A stretch of DNA of 64,000 bases, taken from NCBI RefSeq assembly GCF_006345805.1, contig NC_043003.1, positions 57,536,001-57,600,000 of the forward strand, written 5' to 3'. Position numbers and translations under genes: made by a program. Of the stretch, positions 37,480 to 51,576 are shown one piece after another (within the stretch, counting starts at the first letter, position 1; the number at the start of each line of letters is the position of its first letter). Origin of the DNA: Octopus sinensis. Lineage: Eukaryota. The notes beneath the pieces are model-generated. The model worked only from the letters and a program-made list of their open reading frames with translations. It had not been told where the DNA came from and searched no databases.

Positions 37480-37850
37480 AGGCGGCGAGCTGGCAGATTC
37501 GTTAGCACTCCGGACAAAATGCTTAGCGGTATTTCGTTTGTCTTTATGTTCAGAGTTCAAATTCTGAATGTGCTTTTCATCCTTTCGGGGTCGATTAAAT
37601 AAGTACCAGTTACGCACTGGGGTCGATATAATCGACTTAATCCGTGTGTCTGTCCTTATTTGTCCCCTTTGTATTTAGCCCCTTGAGGGTAGTACGTTCT
37701 GAGTTCAAATTCCGTCGAGGTTGACTTTGCTTTTCATCCTTTCGGAGTCGATGAATTAAGTACAAGTGAAACACTGGGGTCGATGTAATCGACTAGCCCT
37801 TTCACCCAAAATTTCAGGCGTTGTGCCTATAGTAAAAAGAATTATTATTT
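37480..37850 (+). mobile_element. Dimeric or nested SINE family D
   Basis: Two copies of gttcaaatt...tttcatcctttcgg(g/a)gtcgat...ctggggtcgat. Confidence 0.75.
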
Positions 37851-37965
37851 TGTACAGCCTAGTAATTACTTTGTTGGTCCATTTTGCTGAACTGCTAAAT
37901 TACGGGGACGTAAACACACCAACATAGGTTATCAAGCTCTGGTAGGAGACAAACACGTATAGAAA

Positions 37966-38021
<56 letters not shown>

Positions 38022-38772
38022 TACACACACACACATATATATACGAGGGGCTTCTTTAAGTTTCCCTCTACTAAGTCCATTCACAAGGATTATAGCCCGA
38101 GGCTATGATAAAAGACACTCGCCCAAGTTGCTAAGAAGTGGAACTGAACGCAGAACCACGTGGTTGGGAAGCAAACAGTTTACCACACAGCCACGCATGT
38201 GCCTATATGTATGTGTGTATCTGCTTGTGTGAGGACTCTTCGTATCGTTTATGTTTCTTGTGAAGAGATAGTTACTTCCCTTTGTATTAACAGCCCTCCA
38301 GACGGCGCTATGCGCGTGCTAAGAGAGTATGTATTTATAAAATATACGTTTAAGTAGACGTCAACAATGTAGGAAATACCCCTGTAACTTTGTTATATGT
38401 AAGGTAAATTATATTTATTTTAATCTAACAAAAAACACATATCGGGTGTTGGGAGATGTTTTTGCACCAATACATAGAGACCTGTGTATATTTCGGATGC
38501 GGATTTAAGTTACCGTGCTGTTGTCATCACGTGCTAAGCCCCGAACAAGATGGACGTGAAGTTTGTTTCAACAGAGTTTTAATCCTAGTTTTGTCACGTA
38601 AAAGCGCCGTCCGTTTTAAACAATGGCAGCGTAAAATCAATGCCAATTCTTGAAAAGAAAAAAAATATCTGTCTTCTAGATAGTTATTTGGACAACTCAT
38701 ACTGTTAACAGTTTTCTCAAAGTCAGAATAGAGCACACCCTCGGATTTGTACGTGTATGTGTGTGTGTGTGT

Positions 38773-38811
<39 letters not shown>

Positions 38812-39422
38812 GTCTGTAATTCTGTGTGTGTGTGTGTGTATGACTGAATTTCTTGCATCTATGTATTTTGAGGTGATATCCAATTGCTTCACACTTTCTG
38901 CAATGTTTTCAGGTAGCTTTGTTCTTCGCAGACGAAAACTGTGTGGAAGCCCGTCAAGTGTGCGTGCGTGTGTGTGTGTGTGTGAGTGTGTGTGTATGTG
39001 CACTCATACACACACACACACATACACACGCACACACACATACACAAACACACATACCACAACATGTATAGATACATATAAACAGCGAAAATTCCTTCTT
39101 AGGAATTACACAAATACCTATAAAGACGTAATGAATTCCACATATTTTAGTACTTGCGTGTGTGTGTGGTGTATGTGTGTGTGTGTGTGTGTTTGTGTGT
39201 GTGTATTTGTGTGTGTGTGTCTGTGTGCGTGTGCGTGCGTGTGTGTGTGTATGGGTATGAATGTGTGAATGCGTGTATATCTCTCTTTGCCTGTCTCTAT
39301 CTTTGTATATTTACTTTTGTATTCATATATATATATATATATATATATATTTTACACCACCTGTCTTCGTCTTTTTTTTAATTCCCCTTATATATATACA
39401 TATACATACATACATACATACA

Positions 39423-39458
<36 letters not shown>

Positions 39459-39923
39459 TTAGTAATGTGACCAAGGTTGCGTGTAACGTATCTGGTCTGT
39501 ATTAGTGGTCGAAGTATTTGTCGGTGGAATGCTGACGTCACGTATTGAGAGACAAAGAAGGAGAGAAGGCGGGAAGGGGAGATGGGAGGGGGATTGGTGA
39601 AAGTGAAGAACGCAATGATTGATTGATGATGGGAGAAAATGAAAATGTGTTGATGGTGGTGGTAATGGTGAAAGTGGGGTGGGGGTTGTGGTGATGGGGG
39701 TTGTGGTGATGGTTTTGGTGGAGGGCATGTGCATAGAAATGCATATGGACAAAAAAACAAAAAAAAACAAGAAAACACGTGTGTGTGTTTGTGTATGTAT
39801 GTGTGTGTTTGAAAGTATTTTAGAACGTAGTGTAGAATCTGTGTTTAAACTTATTTACAAACCATTCACTTAGACATACATGCAGGTATACACAATCACC
39901 CGTACGCTCACATACATGCATTC

Positions 39924-39954
<31 letters not shown>

Positions 39955-40485
39955 CATACTACAATACATACATACATACACACATATATATCTATATATG
40001 TATGTATGTATGTATGTATACTTCTATTGATTCTTACATATGTGTGTTTGTATATATACTTAAATATGTGTGTATATATATATGTGCATTTATGTCTGAT
40101 TGTATGTATATGTTTGTATATGCTTGTATGAATGCATATGTCTATACATATACTTACACACACACACGTATATATATATACATATATACAATCATATATA
40201 AACACAACCAGACATACATTGTTACACACACACACACACACATAAATACGAAAATACATGCATAGATAAATATATACATTCTACTACACACACATATACA
40301 TATATATACATACATTCTACTACACACACATATACATACATACATACATGCATACATACATACATACATACATACATACATAGTACATACATATACATAT
40401 AGTGAGGTAGATAGATAGATACACGCGCATACATGCATACATACATACACATACAAGAGTACATACATACACATACATACATACA

Positions 40486-40518
<33 letters not shown>

Positions 40519-41308
40519 GTATATATAGTGAGAGAGAGACAGATATACGCGCATACATGCATACATGCATACATGCATACATACATACACATACAAAAGT
40601 ACATACATACATACCTACATACATACCTACCTACATACATACATACATACATACATACATACATACATACATACATACATACATACATACATACACATAA
40701 ATGCAGGCATTCCCAAACACCGCCCACTCAGGAATCTCTGCTAATATGTCTGACACCTCTATGTCTGAAGAAGCTATTACCATTTTCGAAAGGTTCTTCA
40801 TCCTTCGCCAAACCACGGATTATCTGATTCTAGCTTCCATCATCCTTACCCCCCTCTCCACTCCTGTCGCAACTATTTACCCCGTCCCTGCCCGTCTCCT
40901 AATTCTTAACTATTTGCGCACAGCTGCCGATTCTAACTGATTCCTGGTCGTTCTTTGTATCTTTTTTTCAATTATACAGTTTCTCTTCTGGGATCTTAAA
41001 GGCTTGGATGTCGGTTCGACTTCCATCATTTTATTTTTTGTTTTTGTTTTAGCATACCGTCTGCCCCCCCCTGCATGCCTTCACTTTTTAAATTTTCTTT
41101 AAAATGATTTTAAACTTTTCGTGTCCCTCCATTTCTAGGTATAACCTATAACACCCAACAGCCAGCCAGTCAGCCAGCCAACCATTTACACCCAATCATC
41201 CATACTATTTACTATTTGGAGGTTCAAGCCCTATGGCGTCCTCTCATTTCGTATGTTGCCTTTGGGACAAGGACCAATAAAGAAACTAATTTATTCGCTC
41301 GTTGTTGC

Positions 41309-41339
<31 letters not shown>

Positions 41340-42027
41340 CCTCTTCTTCTTCTTCTTCTTCTTCTTCTTCTTTTCTTCTTCTCTTCTTCTTCTTCTTCTT
41401 CTTCTTCGTCGTCGTCGTCGTCGTCGTTATATGTCTTCTATCCATGTCTGTCTGTCTGTATGCCTATCTAACCTTCACATCTACCTCTGGGCATACACAC
41501 TACATACATACATACATACAAGCTAACATACATACGCACATATACACTCACATACATACACCTACATGCATAATTGTCACTCTTTCTTCCTTTCTCCCCT
41601 CCTATCTGTCGCACCCTCTCTCTCTCTCTCTCTCTTTCAATTCCCCTCTCTCTTTCTCTCTCTATTTCCCCTCCAAATCCCACTTGCTCCATCTTCCTTC
41701 TTCGTCTCTCATTTAATTGCTCCATTTGCACCTAGAACTGATTCCAGACATTCCTCAGTGTCAAATCTGATGCTTTCAGCCAGAATACATTTTTAAGCCA
41801 ATCACCTTCATTATTTTCAACAGTTGCACTTCTACGCATGCGCTAGCCATTTCAAAATGTGTGACTTCCAAACTTACAAGAATAAATATTAAAAAAATAT
41901 AATTATAAACATCAAATATGCGTTTGTATACATGAATGTATACGCATTTAGCTGTGTGTGTGTATGTGTATATATATGAATTTATAAGCATTTTCTCAGA
42001 CATTCTAACGAATCTGTAAGAGTCATA

Positions 42028-42079
<52 letters not shown>

Positions 42080-42109
42080 TATATACATATGCATATACAC
42101 ATACACTAG

Positions 42110-42275
42110 AGTTCGTTGAGAAGTTGCTGGTTTTATGGGTATTCCGAAGAGCCTGGTTGGAGCCCCAACCTTCTGAGTTTTTTTAGAGGGCTTAGAAAAA
42201 CTGAAGGACCTCTGCAATAAGTGTTTGCATCTGAGAGGGGAATATATTTGAATAAAATCATAATTAATCATGATC
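42110..42275 (+). pseudogene. C-terminal fragment of a second mariner transposase
   Basis: AWLEPQPSEFF-EGLEKLKDLCNKCLHLRGEYI, the typical mariner terminus. Confidence 0.6.
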
Positions 42276-42349
42276 TTTCTCTACTTTCATTTACCGAAAG
42301 CCAGGAAACTTTCAGCACCCCCGCTTATATACATCTACGTGTGTATCTA

Positions 42350-42421
<72 letters not shown>

Positions 42422-42675
42422 GACAAACACAGACACACTCTCTCTTTCTCTCTCTTTGAATGACAACTTTTGTTGCTGTTCTAAATGTTGTCGTTCTTCT
42501 TATAGATGTCGATGATGATAATTACTATGACAATGACGACGACGACGACGACGATGATGATGAATGCGATGACGACGACTACGAAGATGATAATGAGATT
42601 GCTCCCGAAGACACTGTTTCCGGAGTAGAGATTGTAAAGAATGTCGATCGTATGTGCACCTATATTACTGCTATC

Positions 42676-42909
42676 GAAGGCGGCGAGCTGGCAGACACGT
42701 TAGCGCGCCGGGCGAAATGCTTAGCGATATTTCGTCTGCCGCTACGTTCTGAGTTCAAATTCCGCCGAGGTCGACTTTGCCTTTCATCATTTCGGGGTCG
42801 ATAAATAAAGTACCAGTTTCGCACTGGGGTCGATGTAATCGACTTAATCTCTTTGTCTGTCCTTGTTTGTCCCTTCTATGTTTAGCTCCTTGTGGGCAAT
42901 AAAGAAATA
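42676..42909 (+). mobile_element. SINE family D with 15-bp TSD
   Basis: tatattactgctatc at 42661-42675 and 42910-42924. Confidence 0.92.
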
Positions 42910-43183
42910 TATATTACTGCTATCAATATTCTGAATCTCGGACAAGACAACGAGCTGGCAGTGTAGACAGACTGTGGACAGTTTATCGGTTTCATCCACT
43001 CCCTTCTTCATAATTAGAGTGGAGCATATGCTTTTGGGGTAGTTGTTGCTTAATAGATTGTTACTGAGTTTGATCATTTCTTCGTGGTGGGTATCAGGGT
43101 CGCTACTTATGTTCTTTGCTCGATGTTTTAGCCACTGAGCAATCCCTCTCTTTACACTGTATGGATGGTGGGAGTTGAAGTTA

Positions 43184-43252
43184 AGGTATCGTCCAGTGAA
43201 GGACGCCTTGGGCTACTAACCCCAAGATTCCGAGTTCGATTCCAGGCTGTGA

Positions 43253-43336
<84 letters not shown>

Positions 43337-43364
43337 TAGCAATAACAATAACAACAACAACAAC

Positions 43365-43455
<91 letters not shown>

Positions 43456-43637
43456 TCGAAGAATACCTTAGGAATGAGAATCCAGGTTCGAAATTTCCCC
43501 CAAGACACCTGATGAAGGCTAGAGGGTATATCAGCCGAAACGTTGTGTTAACAACAACAAGATGAGGACAAATATCCGTCAGTTGTAAATAATGTAAATA
43601 ATGTACATAATTCCTCATCTCTTAAATATAGAACTGT
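43184..43637 (+). mobile_element. tRNA-like head + (AAT)n + hammerhead tail element
   Basis: Head aggtatcgtccagtg...cttggg-ctactaac-cccaag...gagttcgattcc...gtgacct, then a ~195-bp AAT array, then a tail with CTGATGA...GAAACGTT shared with 630-765. Confidence 0.7.
43504..43549 (+). ncRNA. Minimal type I hammerhead ribozyme motif
   Basis: gacac CUGAUGA a ggcu agaggguauauc agcc GAAAC GUU guguu; all conserved core positions present. Confidence 0.78.
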
Positions 43638-43737
43638 ATTTTAAAACGATTGACGTAACACCTTATTAAGGTGAGTAAACAATACGAAGAGCGCGATGCG
43701 ATTGCAATAGATGTCTTATTGGTTGAACGATATTTCG

Positions 43738-43964
43738 GCGAGCTGGCAGAAACGTTAGCACGCCGGGCGAAATGCGTAGCCGTATTTCGTCTGCCGTTAC
43801 GTTCTGAGTTCAAATTCCGCCGAGGTCGACTTTGCCTTTCATCCTTTCGGGGTCGATAAATTAAGTACCAGTTACGCACTGGAGTCGATGTAATCGACTT
43901 AATCCCTTTGTCTGTTCTTGTTTGTCCCCTCTGTGTTTAGCCCCTTGCGGGTAGTAAAAAAATA
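43738..43964 (+). mobile_element. SINE family D with 9-bp TSD
   Basis: gatatttcg at 43729-43737 and 43965-43973. Confidence 0.88.
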
Positions 43965-44039
43965 GATATTTCGACAGCTAACCTGTCTTTGTTGAGTTGA
44001 AAATGAGAAGTGATACATAGAAATTTAAAAATTATAGAA

Positions 44040-44535
44040 ATTCAAATCCAAGATTTGAACCAGGCAACCAGCGTTCACACGTTGATGGAATGAGATCATC
44101 AGTCTTCAATTTTCAAGTTTACAACTGGCAAAAAGAAAAAAGAAAGGAAGAGAAAAAAGAAAAAAGCGACAAAAAAAAAAAAAAAGAAAACAGAAGAATA
44201 TTTTTAATCAAAACAGTTTTGAATAAATATGATAAAATTCTCCTGTCATTTTATTCATCCCTTCTGGGCGTGATATTAATAACTCACAAACATATTTTTC
44301 CTCATGCATTTTGGGGACTGAAAGTGTAGCAAATTCAGAATATTTTCTGAGAATATGCACTTTCAAGTCTTTTTCAAAATTGCTGCCGTTTGATGTAAAA
44401 TGTTCGGCAAGTTCTATTGAACTACTGTTATTGTGCCTCACGTCATAACTGTGCCCATTGAATCTTTTGTTTAATTGTTCTGTTGTACAATCAGCATAAA
44501 TCAAGTTGTTTGGTGTATTCTGCTGCGTACACTAA
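44040..44535 (-). pseudogene. Penelope-like element 3' end: degenerate GIY-YIG endonuclease plus 3' UTR
   Basis: YAAEYTKQ-LIYADCTTEQLNKRFNGHSYDVRH...ELAEHF...KVHIL...EEKYVCELLISRPEGMN; downstream relic ctgatga...gaacgct at 44070-44102. Confidence 0.7.
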
Positions 44536-45667
44536 ATGGGAATCTCTACATGCCGCACCTTCCGTGAGAATCATAACATATCTGTTATGATTCCTGATGG
44601 AATTGACTTGACTCATAGAGCGCAGAAACTACGATGCTAATTTTCTTGGAGTCAGAAGTAAAGGTTGATGATTCTCTTATATTTTTATTCCGTCTAAAGG
44701 CTACAATTGGCTAGCTGTCAAATCCTGCCGGAGTCAATCATTCCTTTCACTCTTTCCAGGATTATAAAATAATATATCAATGATTAAGTATTTGGGCCGA
44801 TGTTATCGGCAAACTCCTTCCTCTCCTCAAAATTGCTGGCCTTGTTCTTTAATCGGAAATAAATATTCTCGTGTAATAGTAATAGTAATGTGTCGTGTAT
44901 ATACTTTCTTCCCCCATGTTTCGTTATATTATATATCCAATACAAGAATATAAAATTTTGTAGTCTGGTACGTATTTTATCGGAATCTTTTGCCGATCCG
45001 TTAAGTTACTGGGCCGTAAACAAACCAGCTCCAGTTGTCAAGTCAAGTGCTGATGGTGGACAAACACAACGCAAACACGAAGATTCACACACCACAAACA
45101 CATATGCATGCATGCATACATACATACTTGTGAGTGTGTGTGTGTGCGTGTGTATACACGACGGACTTCTTTACAGTACCAAATTCATTCACAAGGCATT
45201 AATCGGCTCGGGTGTATAGGAGAAAACACTTATTCAAAGTACTGCGCTGTGGGACTGAACTCGAAACCATATGGTTTCGAAGCGAGCTTCTCTGCCACAT
45301 AGCTATGTATAGCTATGTGTCCTTTATTTTTAATTTTAAGCCGTTAGGGATATTTGACTATTATTTCTAGCAAGTCGAGCGTCCTGATAGACATTTAAAC
45401 TCCTTCGAACTTTTCCGTGGGACATATATCCGGGACATGTCTCCGTGTCCTGCTTTTCTGATCCCAATCAACACCTGGGTCTTATTTTTCACCATTCTGA
45501 CGGAACGAAGGGGATTCGTTAACCAAATTCTGTGAATTCTTAACGGGTGGGGTTCATAATTACATTTTAGTCTTTCTTCAGATAAACGGGCAGAATGTGT
45601 AATTTGTCGGGTATCCGGTTCGCGTTATATGAACCCGGTTTATCAATATGAAATAGAGGAGATTAAG

Positions 45668-45717
<50 letters not shown>

Positions 45718-46005
45718 TGTGTGCTGGTGGGTGTGTGTGTCTCGGACAGTCTCGGTAAATGAGAGAAAGTGTTGAGACTTATGAATTCATTATAGAAGAA
45801 TGGTGTATGTCAGTGATTTAGTTTCCAAATGTGTGTATGTATGTATGTGTGTGTGTGGAAGTATATCTTTATCAGTAAATGTGTATGTTTGTTTGTGTGC
45901 GCGTGTGTATGTGTGTGTCTGTGTGTGTGTGTTCTTATTATTTGGAAGCGTGCTTATATGCGTTTGGGTGGGTCAATGTGTATTTTTTGTCTTTGCGTGT
46001 TTGAA

Positions 46006-46036
<31 letters not shown>

Positions 46037-46709
46037 CAAAGGGTGCGAGAGAGAGAACCAGAAATAGAAAGAGAGGTAGAAAGAGAAAGAGAGAGATAGA
46101 TCACTGGCTTTCCCGCGTTTCCTAAAGCTTCCATATTTATGTCCGTTTGTGTGTGTGTGTCTGTAAGTATGTGCATTTTCTGTTTATGCGTGTGTGTGTG
46201 TTCGTGATACTGAATACATGATTCTCTCTCTCCCTCTCTCGCGCTCTCTCTCTCTGTCTCTCCCTCTCTCGCTCTGTCTCTCTCTGTCTGTCTCTCTCTC
46301 GCTCTCTCTCTCTCGCTATCGTTCACACTCTCCCTCTGTCCTTCTGACTTTGTCTGACTTTCTGTCTGCCTGCCTGTCTGTATGTATGTATGTCTCGCAA
46401 CTGATTTCTCTCTTTCGTTTTATTTATATTTCTCTCTGTCCGTGCATCTTCGACAGTTCCTGGTGCGTGCGTGCGCGCGTGTGTATGTGTCTGTGTGTGT
46501 GTGAGTGTACGTAAGTGTGTGTGTGTGTGTGAGTGTGTGTGTATGCACATGTATGTGTGCATGTGTGTGTGTGCCTGTGTTTGTGTGTGTGTGTGTGTAT
46601 TTGCGTGTGCGAAAATGTTCGTGTATGCATACTTATGCGTGTGGTTGTCCGTCTTCATAAGTGCAAACATTTCACTGAGTGCATGTGTATGTATGTATGC
46701 ATGTATGTG

Positions 46710-46743
<34 letters not shown>

Positions 46744-47016
46744 TGTATGTATGTATGTATGTATGTATATATATATATATATGTATGTATATATATATAT
46801 ATGTGTATGTGTATGTATGTATATATGTATGTATGTATTAGAAGGTTTGGAGATGATGTACAGGTATTATATGTTAGAAGAAATGAGGTACTCAGAAATC
46901 TGGATGGTTTTATATTTACAGATATTTATTAGTATGTTACATGCATTTATACATCATATATCATATATCATATATTAGCGCTTTCGTCCATTCTAGTGGA
47001 GTCATCAAATTGTATG

Positions 47017-47048
<32 letters not shown>

Positions 47049-47183
47049 CATGTATGTATATATGCCACCTTGTACTCGTGTCATTAGAATGCATGCATGT
47101 CTCCATCACTACACGCGTACCAGAATTTCTCTTATTTTCTCACCCTCTCTTACAATCTTTCCTTATATGACTTTATTACGGTA

Positions 47184-47990
47184 CAGTAATCCCTTGCGGG
47201 TGTTACGTTCCAAAACCTTCCACAGAAATAATTAAAATGTAACAAAAATATAAATACCGCAGAAATCCGGATTTACTGGCGGTGTCCCAGGATGGCCACA
47301 GCTTCAGGACTGAAACATATAAAAGAATAAAATAAAGAATAGTGAAGAAAAGAATCCGCGATATAAATTTACATATATTAGCCAGAAAAATCCGCGATGT
47401 GCAGAGTGCGTTATAGGTGAACCGCGAGCAAAATGTTTTTTCCCCACGAGAGTAATGACTTTATTGCATACAGCCAATCAGAGCTCACCTTGATCTTGTT
47501 GTCAAGTTAACAAACACATTCTACCAAGTAAACTCCAGACGAAGAACAGTGTTGTAAGTCGACCGATCGCCGAGTTCTGCCTGATTTTAGAAGGGGATAA
47601 TTTATTAGATAGATTTGCATCTATACCCATTATAGGATTTTGTTAGGGCCCCATATGGTAAAGATGTGGATGTGGAAAATATGGGTAGGGTTAGGGCTTG
47701 CAACCCTCTCCCCTTACTGTTTCACAAAGTAAACAACAACACAAATAACTACGCAGAGGCAGCCATGGTTGAAACAAGAACAAGAACAACAAGCATTATT
47801 AAAAGGGAAAAGAAGCATGGTCATTCCTTACCCAAGTGACCTTATCTTATCGCCCTTCACTTGTTATGCGCTCATAAATTAGTTTGATAGTTGAGCTCCG
47901 ATTGGCTGTATGCAAATGAGTTCATAACTGGGGTCCGGAACTCTCGTGGGGAAAAAATTTCGCGAACTGCGAAATGGCGAGTGATTACTG
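47184..47990 (+). mobile_element. pogo/Tigger-like MITE containing nested insertions
   Basis: TA-cagtaatcccttgc ... gcgagtgattactg-TA TIRs with atccgcgat subterminal repeats. Confidence 0.7.
47436..47957. mobile_element. Long-TIR MITE with CCAAT-containing arms
   Basis: ttttttccccacgagag...ttgcatacagccaatcagagctca versus tgagctccgattggctgtatgcaa...ctctcgtggggaaaaaa. Confidence 0.8.
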
Positions 47991-48247
47991 TATATACATA
48001 TGTCTCCACACCTGTGTATATTTAAATATGCGGCTGTATATATTTATCCGTTACACTTTAAACGTGCACGTGTCCATTCGTGTGCTTGTGTCTCAGCCTG
48101 TGTCTTTTTCTCTTTTTGCCTGTGTATATACGTCGGAATAGGAACATGGTTATGTATGTATGTGTCTTTGTGTGTATGAATGTATGCATTTATATATGTA
48201 TGCATGTTCGCATACGTAAAATCATGCCTAGCTATGTATGTCTATTT

Positions 48248-48485
48248 ACATAGGCGGGCGAGTTGGTAGAAACGTTAGCACGCCGGGCGAAATGCGTAGC
48301 CGTATTTCGCCTGTCGTTACGTTCCGAGTTCAAATTCCGCCGAGGTCGACCTTGCATTTCATCCTTTCGGGGGTCGATAAATTAAGTACCAGTTACGCAC
48401 TGGGATCGATGTAATCGACTTAATACCTATGTCTGTCCTTGTTTGTCCGCTCTGTGTTTAGCCCCTTGTGGGCAGTAAAGAAATA
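48248..48485 (+). mobile_element. SINE family D with 15-bp TSD
   Basis: tatgtatgtctattt at 48233-48247 and 48486-48500. Confidence 0.92.
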
Positions 48486-48561
48486 TATGTATGTCTATTT
48501 TTCTTCATATGCTTAAATATCTATGTGTGCATGCGCTTGTAAGCTTGTATATGTACTTACG

Positions 48562-48661
48562 NNNNNNNNNNNNNNNNNNNNNNNNNNNNNNNNNNNNNNN
48601 NNNNNNNNNNNNNNNNNNNNNNNNNNNNNNNNNNNNNNNNNNNNNNNNNNNNNNNNNNNNN
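48562..48661. other. Assembly gap (100 N)
   Basis: Run of N. Confidence 1.
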
Positions 48662-48958
48662 GAGCATCTGTTTTTCTGCCTCTCCGTCACGGTGACTTGC
48701 ACCTCAGCCTCGTGGTGACCAGTGGCCATTTTGGAAATAAAATGGCTAAATGAAACCACGAAGGCTATGAGAATTTTTTCTTTTAAATTTTGCCCACAAG
48801 GGGCAAAATTTTGTGGAGATATTATCAAAGGTTTACAGTGGATGTTGTTGTACAACTTTTAAACACAAAATATTTCACAATAAATAATTTTCAACGTACA
48901 AAATGACCAACTTACGTGGAGCCCATTTGACTAGCGTCCGTCCGTCCGTAGATAGATT

Positions 48959-49062
<104 letters not shown>

Positions 49063-49760
49063 TACAGATAGATACAGAGTGAGAGGAAGAGCGTATATCA
49101 ATTAATAATCAACAGTTCCTGCCAGCCACAAATCCTTTCAGGTCTTGTGCCTATGTTAGAAATAATGAAATAATTACGTGTTAATTATAGCAAAGCACTT
49201 CATTTCATGTTGCTCTGCTATCATTTCGTCATCTGACACATAGCACGTGTTGCACCTGTCCAAGTAATATCGATTTGATGGAGGGAGTGAGCTTATTTGT
49301 AAGAAAACATTTGATCACTATAAACAAATCATCTGTGAGGTTTCTCGGCAAGAAATTGCCGAACCCTCATACGTCGTCTAACGACAGGAGAGTCCGTGAC
49401 AATATATATAAACAAGGTGAGTTTAAAGGGATAAATAATGCAGGTGGTTACCGTCGTGGCTCTCAGGTACGTTCCCTGTTACGGTTAACCGCATCAAGTA
49501 GTAATGAACGTCCATGATCGCTTGGTATTAGCAATCCCGCTGTAAATTTTTCTTGTTCACTTCACTGGATTGTGAATATAATCAGATGTACCAATCGCAG
49601 GCTTGGCTATGTGGTTAAGAAATTAGCATTGCAACAGCATAATTTCCATTTCGGTCCTACCGGCTGACATCTGCGACAAGTGGCTTCTTATAGCCACTAG
49701 CATACAAATAATCTGTTGGGGGAATCAGTAGACGGAAACTGTATGGAAGCCTGTCGTATA

Positions 49761-49795
<35 letters not shown>

Positions 49796-49910
49796 ATATA
49801 TCCGCCAGCCCGAGGCGAAAGTAGAAGACACTCGTCACAGGTGCATGGGATTGAACCCCAAAGCATGTGGTTGGAAAGCAAGCGTTTTGCCACACAGCCA
49901 CACCTACGCC

Positions 49911-49951
<41 letters not shown>

Positions 49952-49959
49952 TATATATC

Positions 49960-49993
<34 letters not shown>

Positions 49994-50277
49994 ATAATAT
50001 AATATAAATAATATTATAAATATACGCATATATATACATACATATATGTACGTACCTACATATTTATGTATATATGTATACATGCATATATGGGTACAGG
50101 ACATTAAAAAACGCGTTGAGCAGAATGAGAAACGAAAACATAAAAACAAAAACATAGAAAACGAACTTTTTTTCGAACAACAAAAAAATAAAACAAACAG
50201 AAAAAACGAGACATGCAACATTAAGATTATTCCTCTTCATCAATTGTCCCTATTTCATCTACTCCGCGTTTCGAAGA

Positions 50278-50315
<38 letters not shown>

Positions 50316-50491
50316 ATTAGTCAATTTAGGGTAGCAAAAAAATTCAATAGAAATGTTGCAACGTCTAAAAGAAGAATAGGGTAAATGTTTTTAATTTTCA
50401 CCTAATTTCTGAATTACTAATACTTGGCGGTGTGGTGAGTTATGGCTGCTCTTTGGTGGACGAGTGACCTGTTGGGGTCACTCCTAAATCG

Positions 50492-50527
<36 letters not shown>

Positions 50528-51097
50528 TGTAGTATGTATGTAGTGTATGTATATTTGTCTATATTTGTTTTATTTGATTTAGACTGTTCACAGCTCTCTC
50601 ACATGCAGACATTGTGCTGGCCATAGACTGATACGAAAACTGATTTTAACAATCCTTTGTACTATACGAGATCAGACGAGACACAATTAAAAATCTAGCA
50701 GAGAATTAACAGCTATATACCAGAAATGCGACTCAACGAATTCCAAAGATCGACCTTCGGTAACACGCTGGTAATCACGGAAAAGAAAGTAAAGATTTAT
50801 ACACACACGCACGCACGCACACACGCACGCACGCACGCACACATATGTACATTCATACAAACACGCACATTTATATTTATACATAAATAAATTTATACAG
50901 GCATACACACAAACACACATATATGCGCGCGTGTGTGAGTGTGTACACACGGCAAATCCTTAATGTTATTTATAGAGAAGGTTACATAGACACATATTTA
51001 CATATACATGAACATACACAAACATTCAAACACGCACGTAGATATATAGGTTTGTAGGTGTACATATACATGAGTTTACGTATATGCATACATACCG

Positions 51098-51131
<34 letters not shown>

Positions 51132-51521
51132 TGTATGTATGTATGTATGTATGTATATGTATGTATGTATGTATGTATGTACGTGTATATGAATATAGGT
51201 ATATTATATATATATATATATATATATCTTTATTGGCACAAGGCGACAAATTAGAATTATCAATTTAGTCGAGGCTCAGTATGTGATTGGTTCTTATTTT
51301 ATCGATCCTATCCAAATGTGACATCAATACGAAAATGGAGGTAACTAAATATATGAAATTAATTGACCCAGCAGTCTTAATGTGCCGGCCATCAACCACA
51401 ATAATGGTGGAAAAGAATAACCACGACGATAAGCAGAAGAACGCTAAACAATAAAAGAACTACATCAGTAACCAACATACGCAACAGCAAAAACAGCAGC
51501 AGCAGCAGCAGTAGTAGTAGC

Positions 51522-51576
<55 letters not shown>

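Noticed and set aside
40690-41020. Unique-looking segment with short ORFs on both strands
   Set aside because: No recognisable motif; probably a decayed retroelement fragment that I cannot assign.
43184-43255. Functional tRNA gene (also SINE heads at 5105-5180, 12978-13040 and 18845-18910)
   Set aside because: Imperfect acceptor and T stems, an irregular anticodon loop, and fusion to repeat bodies mark these as SINE heads.
47680-47700. Telomeric TTAGGG
   Set aside because: Only one exact unit; not an array.
49340-49480. Strong donor-like sites (aag|gtgagt, cag|gtacgt)
   Set aside because: No convincing acceptor, the implied intron is too short, and the peptide is unrecognisable.
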